From NCBI GenBank assembly GCA_963676915.2, contig CAXXVK010000006.1, forward strand, positions 66,089-130,088: a stretch of 64,000 nucleotides of DNA, in the 5' to 3' direction. The DNA comes from Myxococcota bacterium. Its GTDB lineage: Bacteria > Myxococcota_A > SURF-8 > G963663525. Positions 29,449 through 38,970 of the stretch are shown here, in pieces; within the stretch, counting starts at the first letter, position 1; each line of letters opens with the position of its first letter. Below the pieces are notes generated by a model. The model worked only from the letters and a program-made list of their open reading frames with translations, was not told where the DNA came from and did not search any database. Position numbers and translations under genes: made by a program.

Positions 29449-32400
29449 TTACGGCGATTCACAGACTACATTGCGAAGATAGTCGCAAGAAACGTCATTC
29501 CAAGAGCGTTCGTTGTCCGTGTATGCCTCGATACAATTTTCGCTATTGTTTTTATTGTCCGGCTCATCAGTGTACCAGTTTTCGTAGCTCCAGGGCGTTC
29601 CGTCCTGCCACTCCCAACCATCTCTCTTCAGGTAGGTAACCGGATAACAAATTATAGAGACGCAGAATTGGCCTATGGTTTCGACTCTGATATCATGACC
29701 ACCCAGCCAGACTTTTTCATTGTACCCATTCAAAAGAGTGACAAGGTCAGCCTGTTTTTCTGCGCTGTCAATCGTAGCCAAGTGACCACCTTCCGTCCAG
29801 GTGGCACAAAATTCCTGGGCTCTTTCCTGGTTGTAAGTCATGTCGAATAGCGCCAGGTTCCCTTGTGTGGCCACGGGATCGGGAAACATCTGCTCGCAAA
29901 CAAAGGATTTCTTGGCATTGCAGAAATCGTCAATCCATTCATGGCTGCTATCGGAATCTGTCGCAATGCAGTGCTGGATACCGTATTCATTGTCAGGTTG
30001 TCCGCTTTGCCAGTAGGTATTGTCGATTCCATCGTTGTTCATCCATTTCCACGTGCGATCTCCGGATGTATAATAATCGTGACCGCCGATCCAATTGCTA
30101 TTTGACGAAGAGGAAAGCAACTCCTTGACATTTTCCCATTCATCGTCATTGTCGATTATAACCAAGTGCGCGTGATCTTTCCAGTTTTCACAAATCGTTT
30201 GGGCGTCTTCCCAGGTTGCTCCACGATTGAACACGGCATACAACCCATCTTCAAGGTCGGGGGCTGGATTCATGCAGACAAATTTCAGTTCTTCCGAGCA
30301 TGTATAATCGTTCCATTCACCATTCGGATGAATGGTACCGCAATCTTCGTTGTTCAGGGCATCGTTGGGTTCTCCTGCACCCCAGTTGGCAACATCGTCG
30401 CTCCATTTTGCGCCGTCCAGCCATTGCCATTGTCCTTCTTTCTCGTGGTCGCTGGCACCGATCCAGATCGAACTGGAGAACGAATCTCCGAGAAACTCGG
30501 TTAGAGCATCCACTTCCGATTGGCTTCGAAGCGAGACCAATTGCCCGTTGGGTTGCCAGCAATTGCAGATATTCTGCGCATCTTGGAAAGATTTCGGCGT
30601 TTCGAACAGGGCGAAATGACCGTCATCCAGCGCAGGGGCGTGCGAAGACTCGGTAATGTCTTCTCCACCGCCGCATGTCGTATCTCCCTGGCAGGTTTCA
30701 CCTAACGTGCAGGCATCGCCGTCGTCGCACCAACCGCCTTCGTTGCACAGGTAGCACTGGCCATATCCCGGAGGCAGGGACGTATGGTGCTCTTCTTGTT
30801 CTATTTCACCGTATCCCGATCCCAGGTCATCGACCCAGTAGTTCACGACGCTGTAACTAAGACCCACGTCTTCACGATTTAACTTGTAGACGAACATCCC
30901 CCAGTTGTAATCGAATTGCTGATCGTAGAAATATGGATATTCGAGGAAATCTCCACTCATGGGAAAATCCTCGGGATTGATACAACCAAGTTCTCTGTCT
31001 GCCAGAATCGCCGGATCCGTGCTGAAACAGTGAACGATTCCATTGACGCTCGATTCATATTCCGTTGAGGTTCCTACAGTATATTTATAGCTATCTCCTG
31101 AAGCGAAGCTGTAATGTTCGTACAGACCGACACTGCTTTCCGTACCTTCTCCCAAAAAGCGGTCTCCTAATAATAAACCGACTTCGGCCTCTTCGGAAAA
31201 GCCTTGCGTCATTTCTTCTTCGTGCCCGGTTTCTTCTTCCAATTTTATCGATGTACCGTTGGCTCCCAAGGAAGCATCTCCCAACGTTACGGTTCCTGAC
31301 TTTTCGAACCAATCGACATTGGCGAGAATTTTATCCCTATCGTAGGGACGGGGATAGGTGACGACTTCGCCGGGAGTGCTCGTCAGAGTTTCGGCACCGA
31401 TATCGGGCGCCGTTCCGTTGCATGCGTTGTAATGGTTAAGTGTCCACGTCCACATATTCGTACCGACAGGACGCTCCACTTTCATATACGTGCCTATATC
31501 CTCCGGGTTTGGTGAACGAATGACTTTGTATCTGTAGGCACGGTATACCGCTCCCTGGAAAATGACGTAATTGGACAAATGATCGATCGTATATGTGTTT
31601 TCGAATTCGACGCTATGCGCTTCCGTATCGGTTTCGGTCCATTCCGTTTCGATACCGTTTTTGTATCCAACCTTTATTCCAATACCTAAAGCCTCCGCTT
31701 CCATTTCTCCCCATACTCCGACTTCCAACGTGGAAGTGTCGATGGTTCCCGTTTCGGAAGAGGAACTTTTTCCGGTGATGTACGAAGCTTCCGTTCCCGA
31801 AAAATGCTGTGGGAGATGCTCCTGAGACGGAGGCGCAGCCATGACCACGACGGGAATGGGGTTGGACAGATGATCCCAGGATTCACCCGTGTATTCCACG
31901 GTGATACCGTCGCCATCGAAATCACCAATCACGAGGTTCGGACCATTCAACGTTTTAAAACTGGAGCGGACGATTTTTTGCGATTGCATTTCTTCGAAGT
32001 AGTAATGGTAACTCTCAGCATTGACTTGGCTTTGGTAGGTTGTCCACGTAATACTATAATCCATTCCTTCGAATACAACCTCTGAAACGACCAGAAGGTC
32101 TTGAGTGCTTTGTGTTTGCCCCATGGCTCCCAAGCCAAGTGAGTCGCTGGTTTGGATTGGAACACGCGAACTTGACTCGCTAATCCCAGCTGGGTCTATG
32201 CCAGGAAGCCAGTAGTATGTATGCCACGAATTTGTTGTAGTAGATAACGGATTGCTTGGTACAATATTCAATCCCAGTACGACTTCATCTTTACCATTTC
32301 CGTCGTAATCACCAACTGCCGTTTGTATCACTCCTCTCGAGAAAGTGGCTGTATCAAATTTGTACGTTGAGGAAAAAGAGCTTTCGAACTCATGATCTTT

Positions 32401-33462
32401 CGAGAATTCGCCGTCCTCGTAATTCCAAACCTCCCCAAAAACCTCTCGCCCATCGGTGACAGCGAAAAGGACGATTTCATCGTTAGAATCCGCATCGAAA
32501 TCTCCGATGACCGCACTCGTGGCACTCGCAACATAGTCATTAATTTCGCTCCAGGATTGCATTTCTGTCAAATTGCCATCCGAGTAGTCGAAAACCCAGG
32601 CCCCTGAAACCAATGTTGAATTTCCATTGGGTGTGTAGACATTCAGCGCCATAACGAGGATTTCGTCCTTGTCGTCGCCATCGATATCTCCGGTGGCGAT
32701 TGTGGGACTGGAGTACGTTTCATCATCGAGAACGACACTATCGAGTTCTGACCATTCGCCATCGTTGTAATCCCAAACCTGAATGGTCAACGTACCATTA
32801 TTGACGAAAACCGACGCGAGTTCTTTACCATCGAATGGGTCATTCCCGTCGATATCTCCCAAAGCAACATCTGTATTACGGGGACCATCTCCCAAAGTAA
32901 TGCGATGGCTTCTTTGTAAGCCGGTTCCGGCAACGTAGTCGAAAAACGTCAGATAACTGCCATCATCTTTTTGATGAGCAATAACGACGCTCTCTTTGCC
33001 ATCGCCGTTCCAATCTCCGGAAGCGATGGCGGTTCGTTCAGGATTTTGGTCATATTCATTGATGAATAAACTATCCGAATCCTCGACCACACCGAGGGAG
33101 TCAAAGTTGTTTTCCGTATCGTCCCGCACCCAACCGATTTCGTAATCGTTCGTTGAATAGTCAAAGTGAGGCGTTAAAAGCGCCACTTCATCCACAGTGA
33201 CGAGCGAAGTCCGCTTATGCCCCAACGGATGATAGCCTTCGAAAGGTTCTTCTTCCGTATCGATAGCATTCATATCGTATTGATTGGCGGAATTCATCTC
33301 CGGTTCCGGCCAGGCTTCGCCCCCTAAAGGATCATTGTCTATGATATTTTTTGACGAAGACGAGGAATTCGAGTCGCAACCGACGATGGAAAACACAAAG
33401 ACGATTAGAATTGCACAAATGAACTTCAAACCGATCTTTTTCTCGTTTAAAATTTTGTTCAT
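29449..33462 (-). CDS. Large lipoprotein with FG-GAP/VCBS repeats, a beta-rich central domain and three C-type lectin domains
   Basis: Lipobox 'IVGC'; repeats 'GDWNGDGKE', 'GDIDGDDKDEI', 'GDFDADSNDEI', 'GDYDGNGKDEV', 'GDFDGDG'; three CTLDs with WIG/WLG, EPN/QPD/EPD and WND/WID motifs. Confidence 0.88.
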   Translation of the reverse strand: MNKILNEKKIGLKFICAILIVFVFSIVGCDSNSSSSSKNIIDNDPLGGEAWPEPEMNSANQYDMNAIDTEEEPFEGYHPLGHKRTSLVTVDEVALLTPHFDYSTNDYEIGWVRDDTENNFDSLGVVEDSDSLFINEYDQNPERTAIASGDWNGDGKESVVIAHQKDDGSYLTFFDYVAGTGLQRSHRITLGDGPRNTDVALGDIDGNDPFDGKELASVFVNNGTLTIQVWDYNDGEWSELDSVVLDDETYSSPTIATGDIDGDDKDEILVMALNVYTPNGNSTLVSGAWVFDYSDGNLTEMQSWSEINDYVASATSAVIGDFDADSNDEIVLFAVTDGREVFGEVWNYEDGEFSKDHEFESSFSSTYKFDTATFSRGVIQTAVGDYDGNGKDEVVLGLNIVPSNPLSTTTNSWHTYYWLPGIDPAGISESSSRVPIQTSDSLGLGAMGQTQSTQDLLVVSEVVFEGMDYSITWTTYQSQVNAESYHYYFEEMQSQKIVRSSFKTLNGPNLVIGDFDGDGITVEYTGESWDHLSNPIPVVVMAAPPSQEHLPQHFSGTEASYITGKSSSSETGTIDTSTLEVGVWGEMEAEALGIGIKVGYKNGIETEWTETDTEAHSVEFENTYTIDHLSNYVIFQGAVYRAYRYKVIRSPNPEDIGTYMKVERPVGTNMWTWTLNHYNACNGTAPDIGAETLTSTPGEVVTYPRPYDRDKILANVDWFEKSGTVTLGDASLGANGTSIKLEEETGHEEEMTQGFSEEAEVGLLLGDRFLGEGTESSVGLYEHYSFASGDSYKYTVGTSTEYESSVNGIVHCFSTDPAILADRELGCINPEDFPMSGDFLEYPYFYDQQFDYNWGMFVYKLNREDVGLSYSVVNYWVDDLGSGYGEIEQEEHHTSLPPGYGQCYLCNEGGWCDDGDACTLGETCQGDTTCGGGEDITESSHAPALDDGHFALFETPKSFQDAQNICNCWQPNGQLVSLRSQSEVDALTEFLGDSFSSSIWIGASDHEKEGQWQWLDGAKWSDDVANWGAGEPNDALNNEDCGTIHPNGEWNDYTCSEELKFVCMNPAPDLEDGLYAVFNRGATWEDAQTICENWKDHAHLVIIDNDDEWENVKELLSSSSNSNWIGGHDYYTSGDRTWKWMNNDGIDNTYWQSGQPDNEYGIQHCIATDSDSSHEWIDDFCNAKKSFVCEQMFPDPVATQGNLALFDMTYNQERAQEFCATWTEGGHLATIDSAEKQADLVTLLNGYNEKVWLGGHDIRVETIGQFCVSIICYPVTYLKRDGWEWQDGTPWSYENWYTDEPDNKNNSENCIEAYTDNERSWNDVSCDYLRNVVCESP

Positions 33463-33748
33463 TGGAACCTCCTACATTGAAAAGGAACAATAATGATTCC
33501 ACTATAAAGTAGAGAGTTCATGATATAAAATAGACGAAAGTCCACTTTACACGAATAAATCCAAAAAAATGTTAAAATTATTTTCATCCACCAAGGTGAA
33601 TGAAAAATAAATAAACAATTCTGTTGGCGCCATTGAAGAAATAAAAGGGCAAATATGAGCGAAAAAGGAATTTCTAGGCTATATCATGTCCATCTATTAT
33701 TATTCAGGGAGCGCTTTAAATAAAACCAGATGACGGGATAAATTCTCC

Positions 33749-35125
33749 ATGAAACCGTATACGGATATTAAAGAATTCTTTTTCGGACTGTACGAGGAGT
33801 CCAAGCATACCTATGATCTGGATTACAACTACCTGAGAAACGCCGAGGTAGATGAACTGGCGGCTTTCGATGCCCATGCCAAAAGGTTGACGGTGATCAA
33901 CCTGAGAGTCACTGCCATTGTGATTATTCTATTCGTGGCAGGGGCATGGCCCACGGATTTTCTCGTTTTCGATTTTTCCTCGAAAGAATTTTTAATGCTC
34001 GCCCAATGGCGTCTCATAGTCATTTGCACGAGCCTGGCCGTCTTGTCGATTTTTCGTTTCGTCCCGTCAGCCAGAAGAAAACCCTTTTTCATCGCATGTG
34101 TGACTTTCCTTTGGATCACAGGATTCACCGGCTACATGACAGGTTCAGTGGCCGGTCTGGATTCTCCTTTGCCATATGGAATCTATACTGCGCCTCTTTT
34201 AACGGTATTGCTGATCGTGCCTCTTCGACAGCGGATTTTCATTGTTTTCTCTATGGTGATCGTGTATTGGTTCGGTTATTTTATTCCCTTTCCCGAACAT
34301 TTGAATTATCTGCTTGTCGGTGTCCCCTTTGTCTGGTTGCTTGGAGTGATCTGGACCATGGCCGCCGTCGGGCATATCGTTTATTTTCTGCTACGCGCCA
34401 ATTTCATGCAGCGGTACGCATTGAATCGTCGGGTTCGTGAACAGACAGCCGAAATTCGGAAATTGGCCCATAGTCTGATCTCGATTCAGGAACAAGAGCG
34501 TAAAAGGATCGGCCAGGACATCCACGACGAGTTAGGTCAGATTCTCACCGGTTTACGTATGGAATTGGACCGCTTGCAACTGATAGGTGACTCTGAGTTT
34601 CTGGAAAAAGATCGGGTGTTAGAAGGACTGGATTCGGCGAGTCGTTTATTGGATGCCGTACACATTTCCATCAATCTAATTTTAAGCAAATTGCGCCCGC
34701 CAGAGTTGGAAAACCAGAGTTTTTCAGCAGCACTCGAAGTTCTGATCTCACGAGTTAAGAATCAGTGTTCCACGAACATCTCCTTGGATTGTACAGTAGA
34801 AATGGATTGGCTCCATTCTGCCCAAAGCACGTCTTTGTATCGCATCGTCCAGGAATCATTGACGAATATCGCCCGCCACTCAGAGGCTTCCGAAGCTTCT
34901 ATCCGTTTCGACTGGGTGAAGGGTGGACTGCGTCTGCAAATTCGGGACAATGGAAAAGGTTTCGATCCGAACATGGTGGGTCGATCCAGTCGATTCGGGA
35001 TTCTTGGAATCAAAGAACGTGCTCGTTGGCTTGGAGGGAATTATAAAATCGATAGCACTCCCGGAAATGGCACCTGCGTAACGGTTGTTCTTCAGAAAGA
35101 CAGGTTGATGGAGGAGGGCGAGTAA
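33749..35125 (+). CDS. Membrane sensor histidine kinase (HisKA_3, NarX/UhpB type)
   Basis: About 6 TM segments; 'QEQERKRIGQDIHDELGQ', 'QESLTNIARHS', 'DNGKGF', 'GILGIKERA'. Confidence 0.93.
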   Translation: MKPYTDIKEFFFGLYEESKHTYDLDYNYLRNAEVDELAAFDAHAKRLTVINLRVTAIVIILFVAGAWPTDFLVFDFSSKEFLMLAQWRLIVICTSLAVLSIFRFVPSARRKPFFIACVTFLWITGFTGYMTGSVAGLDSPLPYGIYTAPLLTVLLIVPLRQRIFIVFSMVIVYWFGYFIPFPEHLNYLLVGVPFVWLLGVIWTMAAVGHIVYFLLRANFMQRYALNRRVREQTAEIRKLAHSLISIQEQERKRIGQDIHDELGQILTGLRMELDRLQLIGDSEFLEKDRVLEGLDSASRLLDAVHISINLILSKLRPPELENQSFSAALEVLISRVKNQCSTNISLDCTVEMDWLHSAQSTSLYRIVQESLTNIARHSEASEASIRFDWVKGGLRLQIRDNGKGFDPNMVGRSSRFGILGIKERARWLGGNYKIDSTPGNGTCVTVVLQKDRLMEEGE

Positions 35126-35757
35126 TGATTCGAGTGTTTATCGCCGACGACCACGATATCGTCAGAACCGGTCTGACGAGATTATTGGCGGAAATTCCCG
35201 AAATGGACGTATGCGGGGAAGCGGCAAGTGCCACTGAACTGCTTGAAAAACTTGAAAGTGCACGTCCTGACGTGGTTGTTTTGGATGTAAACATGCCCGG
35301 GCATACGGGTCCGAAATTGGTCAAACAACTTTTATCCTATCCTTGTGCTCCCAAAGTAATCATGTTTTCCATGTATGAAGAAGACAGCCACGCTGTAGCG
35401 TTTTTACGTGCTGGAGCATCCTCTTATCTAAGCAAGAAACGTTCCTCTAAGGAATTGATCGAAGCGATTCGAAAGGTTTTTCAGGGTGAACGTTATCTTT
35501 CCGAAATGCTTGAGAAAATGCTGTTCGATCGAGGGATAGACATCGAAAAGTCCCTTGTGGACGAACTGACACAGAGAGAACTTCAGGTCGTGCGAAATTT
35601 GACCGAAGGGTTGCGCTCGGTGGATATTGCCGAAAAAATGGGATTGAGTGCGAGCACGGTCAACACTTACGTGCAGCGAATCAAAGATAAACTGGGGTTC
35701 AAATCTTTACTGGAAATCATTCGATTTGCCAAAGAAAACGACCTGTCGGATTCTTGA
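35125..35757 (+). CDS. NarL/LuxR family response regulator
   Basis: 'IADDHDIVRTG', 'LDVNMPG', and LuxR HTH 'LTQRELQV...IAEKMGLSASTV'. 1-bp overlap with the kinase. Confidence 0.95.
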   Translation: MIRVFIADDHDIVRTGLTRLLAEIPEMDVCGEAASATELLEKLESARPDVVVLDVNMPGHTGPKLVKQLLSYPCAPKVIMFSMYEEDSHAVAFLRAGASSYLSKKRSSKELIEAIRKVFQGERYLSEMLEKMLFDRGIDIEKSLVDELTQRELQVVRNLTEGLRSVDIAEKMGLSASTVNTYVQRIKDKLGFKSLLEIIRFAKENDLSDS

Positions 35758-36165
35758 AGCATGATCCAAGCTAGCGATGGTTGAGGATATAAATAGGACC
35801 GGTTGGCGTCTAAGTGTCTGAAACCTTAAATAAAAAGACTGTGTAGTTTTTTTTGACAAGGGCTCGTATTAATTCGACCGGATGAATAACTTTTGCGAAA
35901 ATTTGTTACGGACTCTGGCATGGTCGGCATGAATTGTGGATAGTGCGTTTTTTCGAATCGCTATCCGGCTACAGGAGAGATGCCGATAGACAAGCGCTTT
36001 ATTACCTGATGTCTGAAGTCAATGTCAATGATCCACATACCTTTACGTTTACGCACACTTACGGCAACCTCCAAATTGGTTTGGTCGCTAAAGAGATTAC
36101 CGTGAGCGCTCCCTTTCTTCCATTTTACTGGGGATGAGTCAGTCCTAAACAAATAGCTCCATTGT

Positions 36166-36200
36166 ATAAACATTGACATAAACATTATCATGAGTACACT
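36166..36200 (+). promoter_or_regulatory. Sigma70-like promoter of lexA, overlapped by a direct repeat
   Basis: TTGACA (36173-36178)-N16-TACACT (36195-36200). ATAAACATT occurs at 36166 and 36178. Confidence 0.55.
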
Positions 36201-36232
36201 GGGGGGGAGCAATGGTTTGTGGAGGTACCCCC

Positions 36233-36871
36233 ATGCGCGAAGAACTAACGGAAAAACAGGCCCGTTTGTTGGCCTACCTGGAAAAAGAAATCGGCCAGAA
36301 CGGCAAAGTCCCCAGCCTGCGGGCAATGGGCGAGGCGTTCGGGGTAAGCTATTCGGCCATCCGGCAATTGCTGGAAGAACTGGAAAAGAAAGCCTACATC
36401 CGGCGCGAGGGTCGCTACAGCCGCACGATTCACCTGCTCAACCCGCTTGGCGAAGTCTCCGGCGTGGAGCGCGGGCGCGAAATCCCCATCGTGGGTGAGA
36501 TTGCCGCCGGTCTGCCTTTGTATGCTCAGCAGGAATGGGGCGGCACGGTGGTGGTGGATCGCGAGTTGTACCGCTATCCCAACCTCTTCGCCCTGCGGAT
36601 CAAAGGCCAATCCATGAAGGATGCCGCCATTCTTCACGGCGATTTGGTGATTTGCACCCCGCGCCAGTATGCGGAAAACGGCGAGATCGTCGCGGCCTTG
36701 GTTCACAACGAAGAGGCCACCGTCAAGCGCTTCTTTCGCCATGACGATCATATCGAGCTTCGCCCGGAAAACCCGGCCTTTTCGCCCCAGCGGTACAGCT
36801 TCGATGACGTGCTGATTCAGGGCAAGGTGGTGGGCGTACAACGCGGGCCGGATGGCGTGGCGGGTTTGTGA
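36233..36871 (+). CDS. lexA: LexA SOS repressor
   Basis: N-terminal wHTH 'LTEKQ...PSLRAMGEAFG', cleavage site 'IAAGLP', catalytic Ser 'GQSM' and Lys 'ATVKRF'. GGAGG RBS. Confidence 0.95.
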   Translation: MREELTEKQARLLAYLEKEIGQNGKVPSLRAMGEAFGVSYSAIRQLLEELEKKAYIRREGRYSRTIHLLNPLGEVSGVERGREIPIVGEIAAGLPLYAQQEWGGTVVVDRELYRYPNLFALRIKGQSMKDAAILHGDLVICTPRQYAENGEIVAALVHNEEATVKRFFRHDDHIELRPENPAFSPQRYSFDDVLIQGKVVGVQRGPDGVAGL

Positions 36872-36880
36872 GAATGGGCA

Positions 36881-37705
36881 ATGGCTAAACAGGCGCAAAC
36901 AGCAGAATTACTCATCGGATGCAGTGGCTATTCCTATCGCGAATGGATCGAGGCGGGCGTGTATCCGCAGGGCACCAAACAAACGGAGATGCTGGCCCGC
37001 TACGCCGAGGAATTTCCCATTGTCGAGTTGAATTACACATGGCACCGCATGCCCACGCCGGAGATGATTGAACGCCAGCGCCAGCAAGCACCGCCCGGTT
37101 TTCCTTTTGCAGCCAAGCTCACCAAAACCCTGACGCACGAAGTGGATAGCGACATCTGGCGGGAGAACATCGTTCGCTACCGGGATGCTCTGGCACCCTT
37201 GACACAAGCCAATCAACTTGCAGCAGTGTTGGTGCAGTTACCTCCCTCGTTTGACCGTATCCCGAAGAACCGCAGCTATCTGGCGCATCTTTTGGACGCC
37301 TTGCACGGGTTGCCCGTGGCGGTGGAGTTTCGGCACAAATCGTGGGCGCATGACCGGGTGTTTGCCGAGTTGGAGCGCCGCAAGGTGACACTGGTTGCCG
37401 TGGATGAACCGAAGCTACCGCACCTGTTCCCGGCCTTGGATGTTGTCACCAATCCCGAGCAATTCTACGTGCGTTTTCACGGTCGCAACGCCGCCGGGTG
37501 GCAGAACAGGGGCAATGCCCATCCCTTCGATTACGACTATTCGGACGACGAGTTGCGCCCGTGGGCCGAGGAAACCATCGGACGAATGAGAAGTCGAGCG
37601 AAGAAGGGGCTGATCTTCTTCAATAACCATGTTTCCGGGCAAGCCCCCAAAAACGCCCGGCGGCTGGCGGAACTGCTGGCCGAGCAGGGTTTGTATGGGG
37701 GGTAA
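36881..37705 (+). CDS. DUF72 (YecE-like) TIM-barrel protein
   Basis: 'IGCSGYSY', 'VELNYT', 'LVQLPPSF', 'VEFRH', 'YVRFHGRN', 'YDYS', 'FFNNH'. Confidence 0.92.
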   Translation: MAKQAQTAELLIGCSGYSYREWIEAGVYPQGTKQTEMLARYAEEFPIVELNYTWHRMPTPEMIERQRQQAPPGFPFAAKLTKTLTHEVDSDIWRENIVRYRDALAPLTQANQLAAVLVQLPPSFDRIPKNRSYLAHLLDALHGLPVAVEFRHKSWAHDRVFAELERRKVTLVAVDEPKLPHLFPALDVVTNPEQFYVRFHGRNAAGWQNRGNAHPFDYDYSDDELRPWAEETIGRMRSRAKKGLIFFNNHVSGQAPKNARRLAELLAEQGLYGG

Positions 37706-37707
37706 TT

Positions 37708-38970
37708 ATGGGCGCGGCACGGGACATTCTGCACCTCAACGTGGCGGATTTCGCCGTAGAGGTCGAGCGGCTGGTCGATAGCCGCCTGAAGACCCGACCC
37801 GTGATTATCGCGCCGGAAGGGGCGGCGCGGGCGGCGGTGTTCGACCACAGCGAGGAGGCGTTTCAAGCCGGGGTGCGCAAGGGCATGGCGTTGAAACGGG
37901 CGCTTCGATACTGCAAAGACGCCGTGGTGCTACCTCCCCATCCCGACCGCTACGAGCGTGCCATGCGGGAGATGCTGGGACGCGCCCTGCCGTATTCGCC
38001 CCTGATCGAGCAGACCGACACCCAAGGCCATCTGTTCGTGGATCTCAGCGGCACCTCACGCTTGCATGGTCCGCCGCAGGACGTGGGGTGGCGAATTCGC
38101 AAGACATTGCACAAAGATGTGGGTTTTTTGCCGATCTGGACCGTTGCTCCCAACAAGCTCTTGGCGAAAGTGGCGTCACGACTGGTCAAACCCACGGGAG
38201 AACGCATCGTCACGTCCGGCGAGGAAAGCCGCCTGTTGCGTCCTTTGCCGCTGCACATGATTCCGGGACTGGAGGCATCCGACGTTTTCCGCCTGCGGGA
38301 TTTCAACCTTCGGAGAGTGGGCGAGGCTACGCAGCTTACGCCTGCTCAACTGGACGTGATTTTCGGCAAACGCGCCGCCACCATTCACAACCTGTTGCGC
38401 GGGATGGACGACTCCCCCGTGCTGCCTGTAGACGAACGTCGCCCCCGCATCATCGCCGATCACGATTTTGGCAATGATACCAACGATTTGCACCGCATCG
38501 AAGGTGCATTATACGCTCTTGTTGAAGAGGCGTGCGCGGACGTACGGAAACGTGGCATGGCGGCGAAACGCATGGGATTGTGGTTGGATTACTCCGATGG
38601 TAAACGTATGCACCGCACGAGGATCATCAAGCCGCCTTCCGCCAATGATTTCACATTATTTGAAGTTGCCCAAGATTTGTTGCACAAAGCGTGGATGCGC
38701 CGGGTGAGGATTCGTCACATGCGGCTGAGACTGGACCGGCTGAGCTATCCCACACCGCCTCAACTGGATCTGTTCGAGGATATCCGCAAAGAGCAGAACG
38801 ACAAACACGAACTTGTGGCCACTCTCGACGCCATCCGCGACCGTTTCGGGACGGATGCCGTTCGTATGGGTCGAACGATTTCCGGTGACGGGAGAAAAAT
38901 CAATCATTTTAAGGTATTAGGTTCCTTGTCCCCAGATCCCAACACCCACCCCCCAGCTTCCAGACCATGA
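37708..38970 (+). CDS. imuB: Y-family polymerase homolog, probably catalytically inactive (ImuB-like)
   Basis: Y-family fold ('GVRKGM', 'NKLLAKVAS', 'LDAIRDRFG') but catalytic acidic residues are absent ('LHLNVADF', 'GHLFVDL'). Clamp motif 'QLDLF'. Confidence 0.8.
   Translation: MGAARDILHLNVADFAVEVERLVDSRLKTRPVIIAPEGAARAAVFDHSEEAFQAGVRKGMALKRALRYCKDAVVLPPHPDRYERAMREMLGRALPYSPLIEQTDTQGHLFVDLSGTSRLHGPPQDVGWRIRKTLHKDVGFLPIWTVAPNKLLAKVASRLVKPTGERIVTSGEESRLLRPLPLHMIPGLEASDVFRLRDFNLRRVGEATQLTPAQLDVIFGKRAATIHNLLRGMDDSPVLPVDERRPRIIADHDFGNDTNDLHRIEGALYALVEEACADVRKRGMAAKRMGLWLDYSDGKRMHRTRIIKPPSANDFTLFEVAQDLLHKAWMRRVRIRHMRLRLDRLSYPTPPQLDLFEDIRKEQNDKHELVATLDAIRDRFGTDAVRMGRTISGDGRKINHFKVLGSLSPDPNTHPPASRP

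Noticed and set aside
35810-35866. IS-end-like sequence (CTGTGTAGTTTTTTTTGACAAGGGCTC)
   Set aside because: No matching partner repeat or transposase was found in the window.
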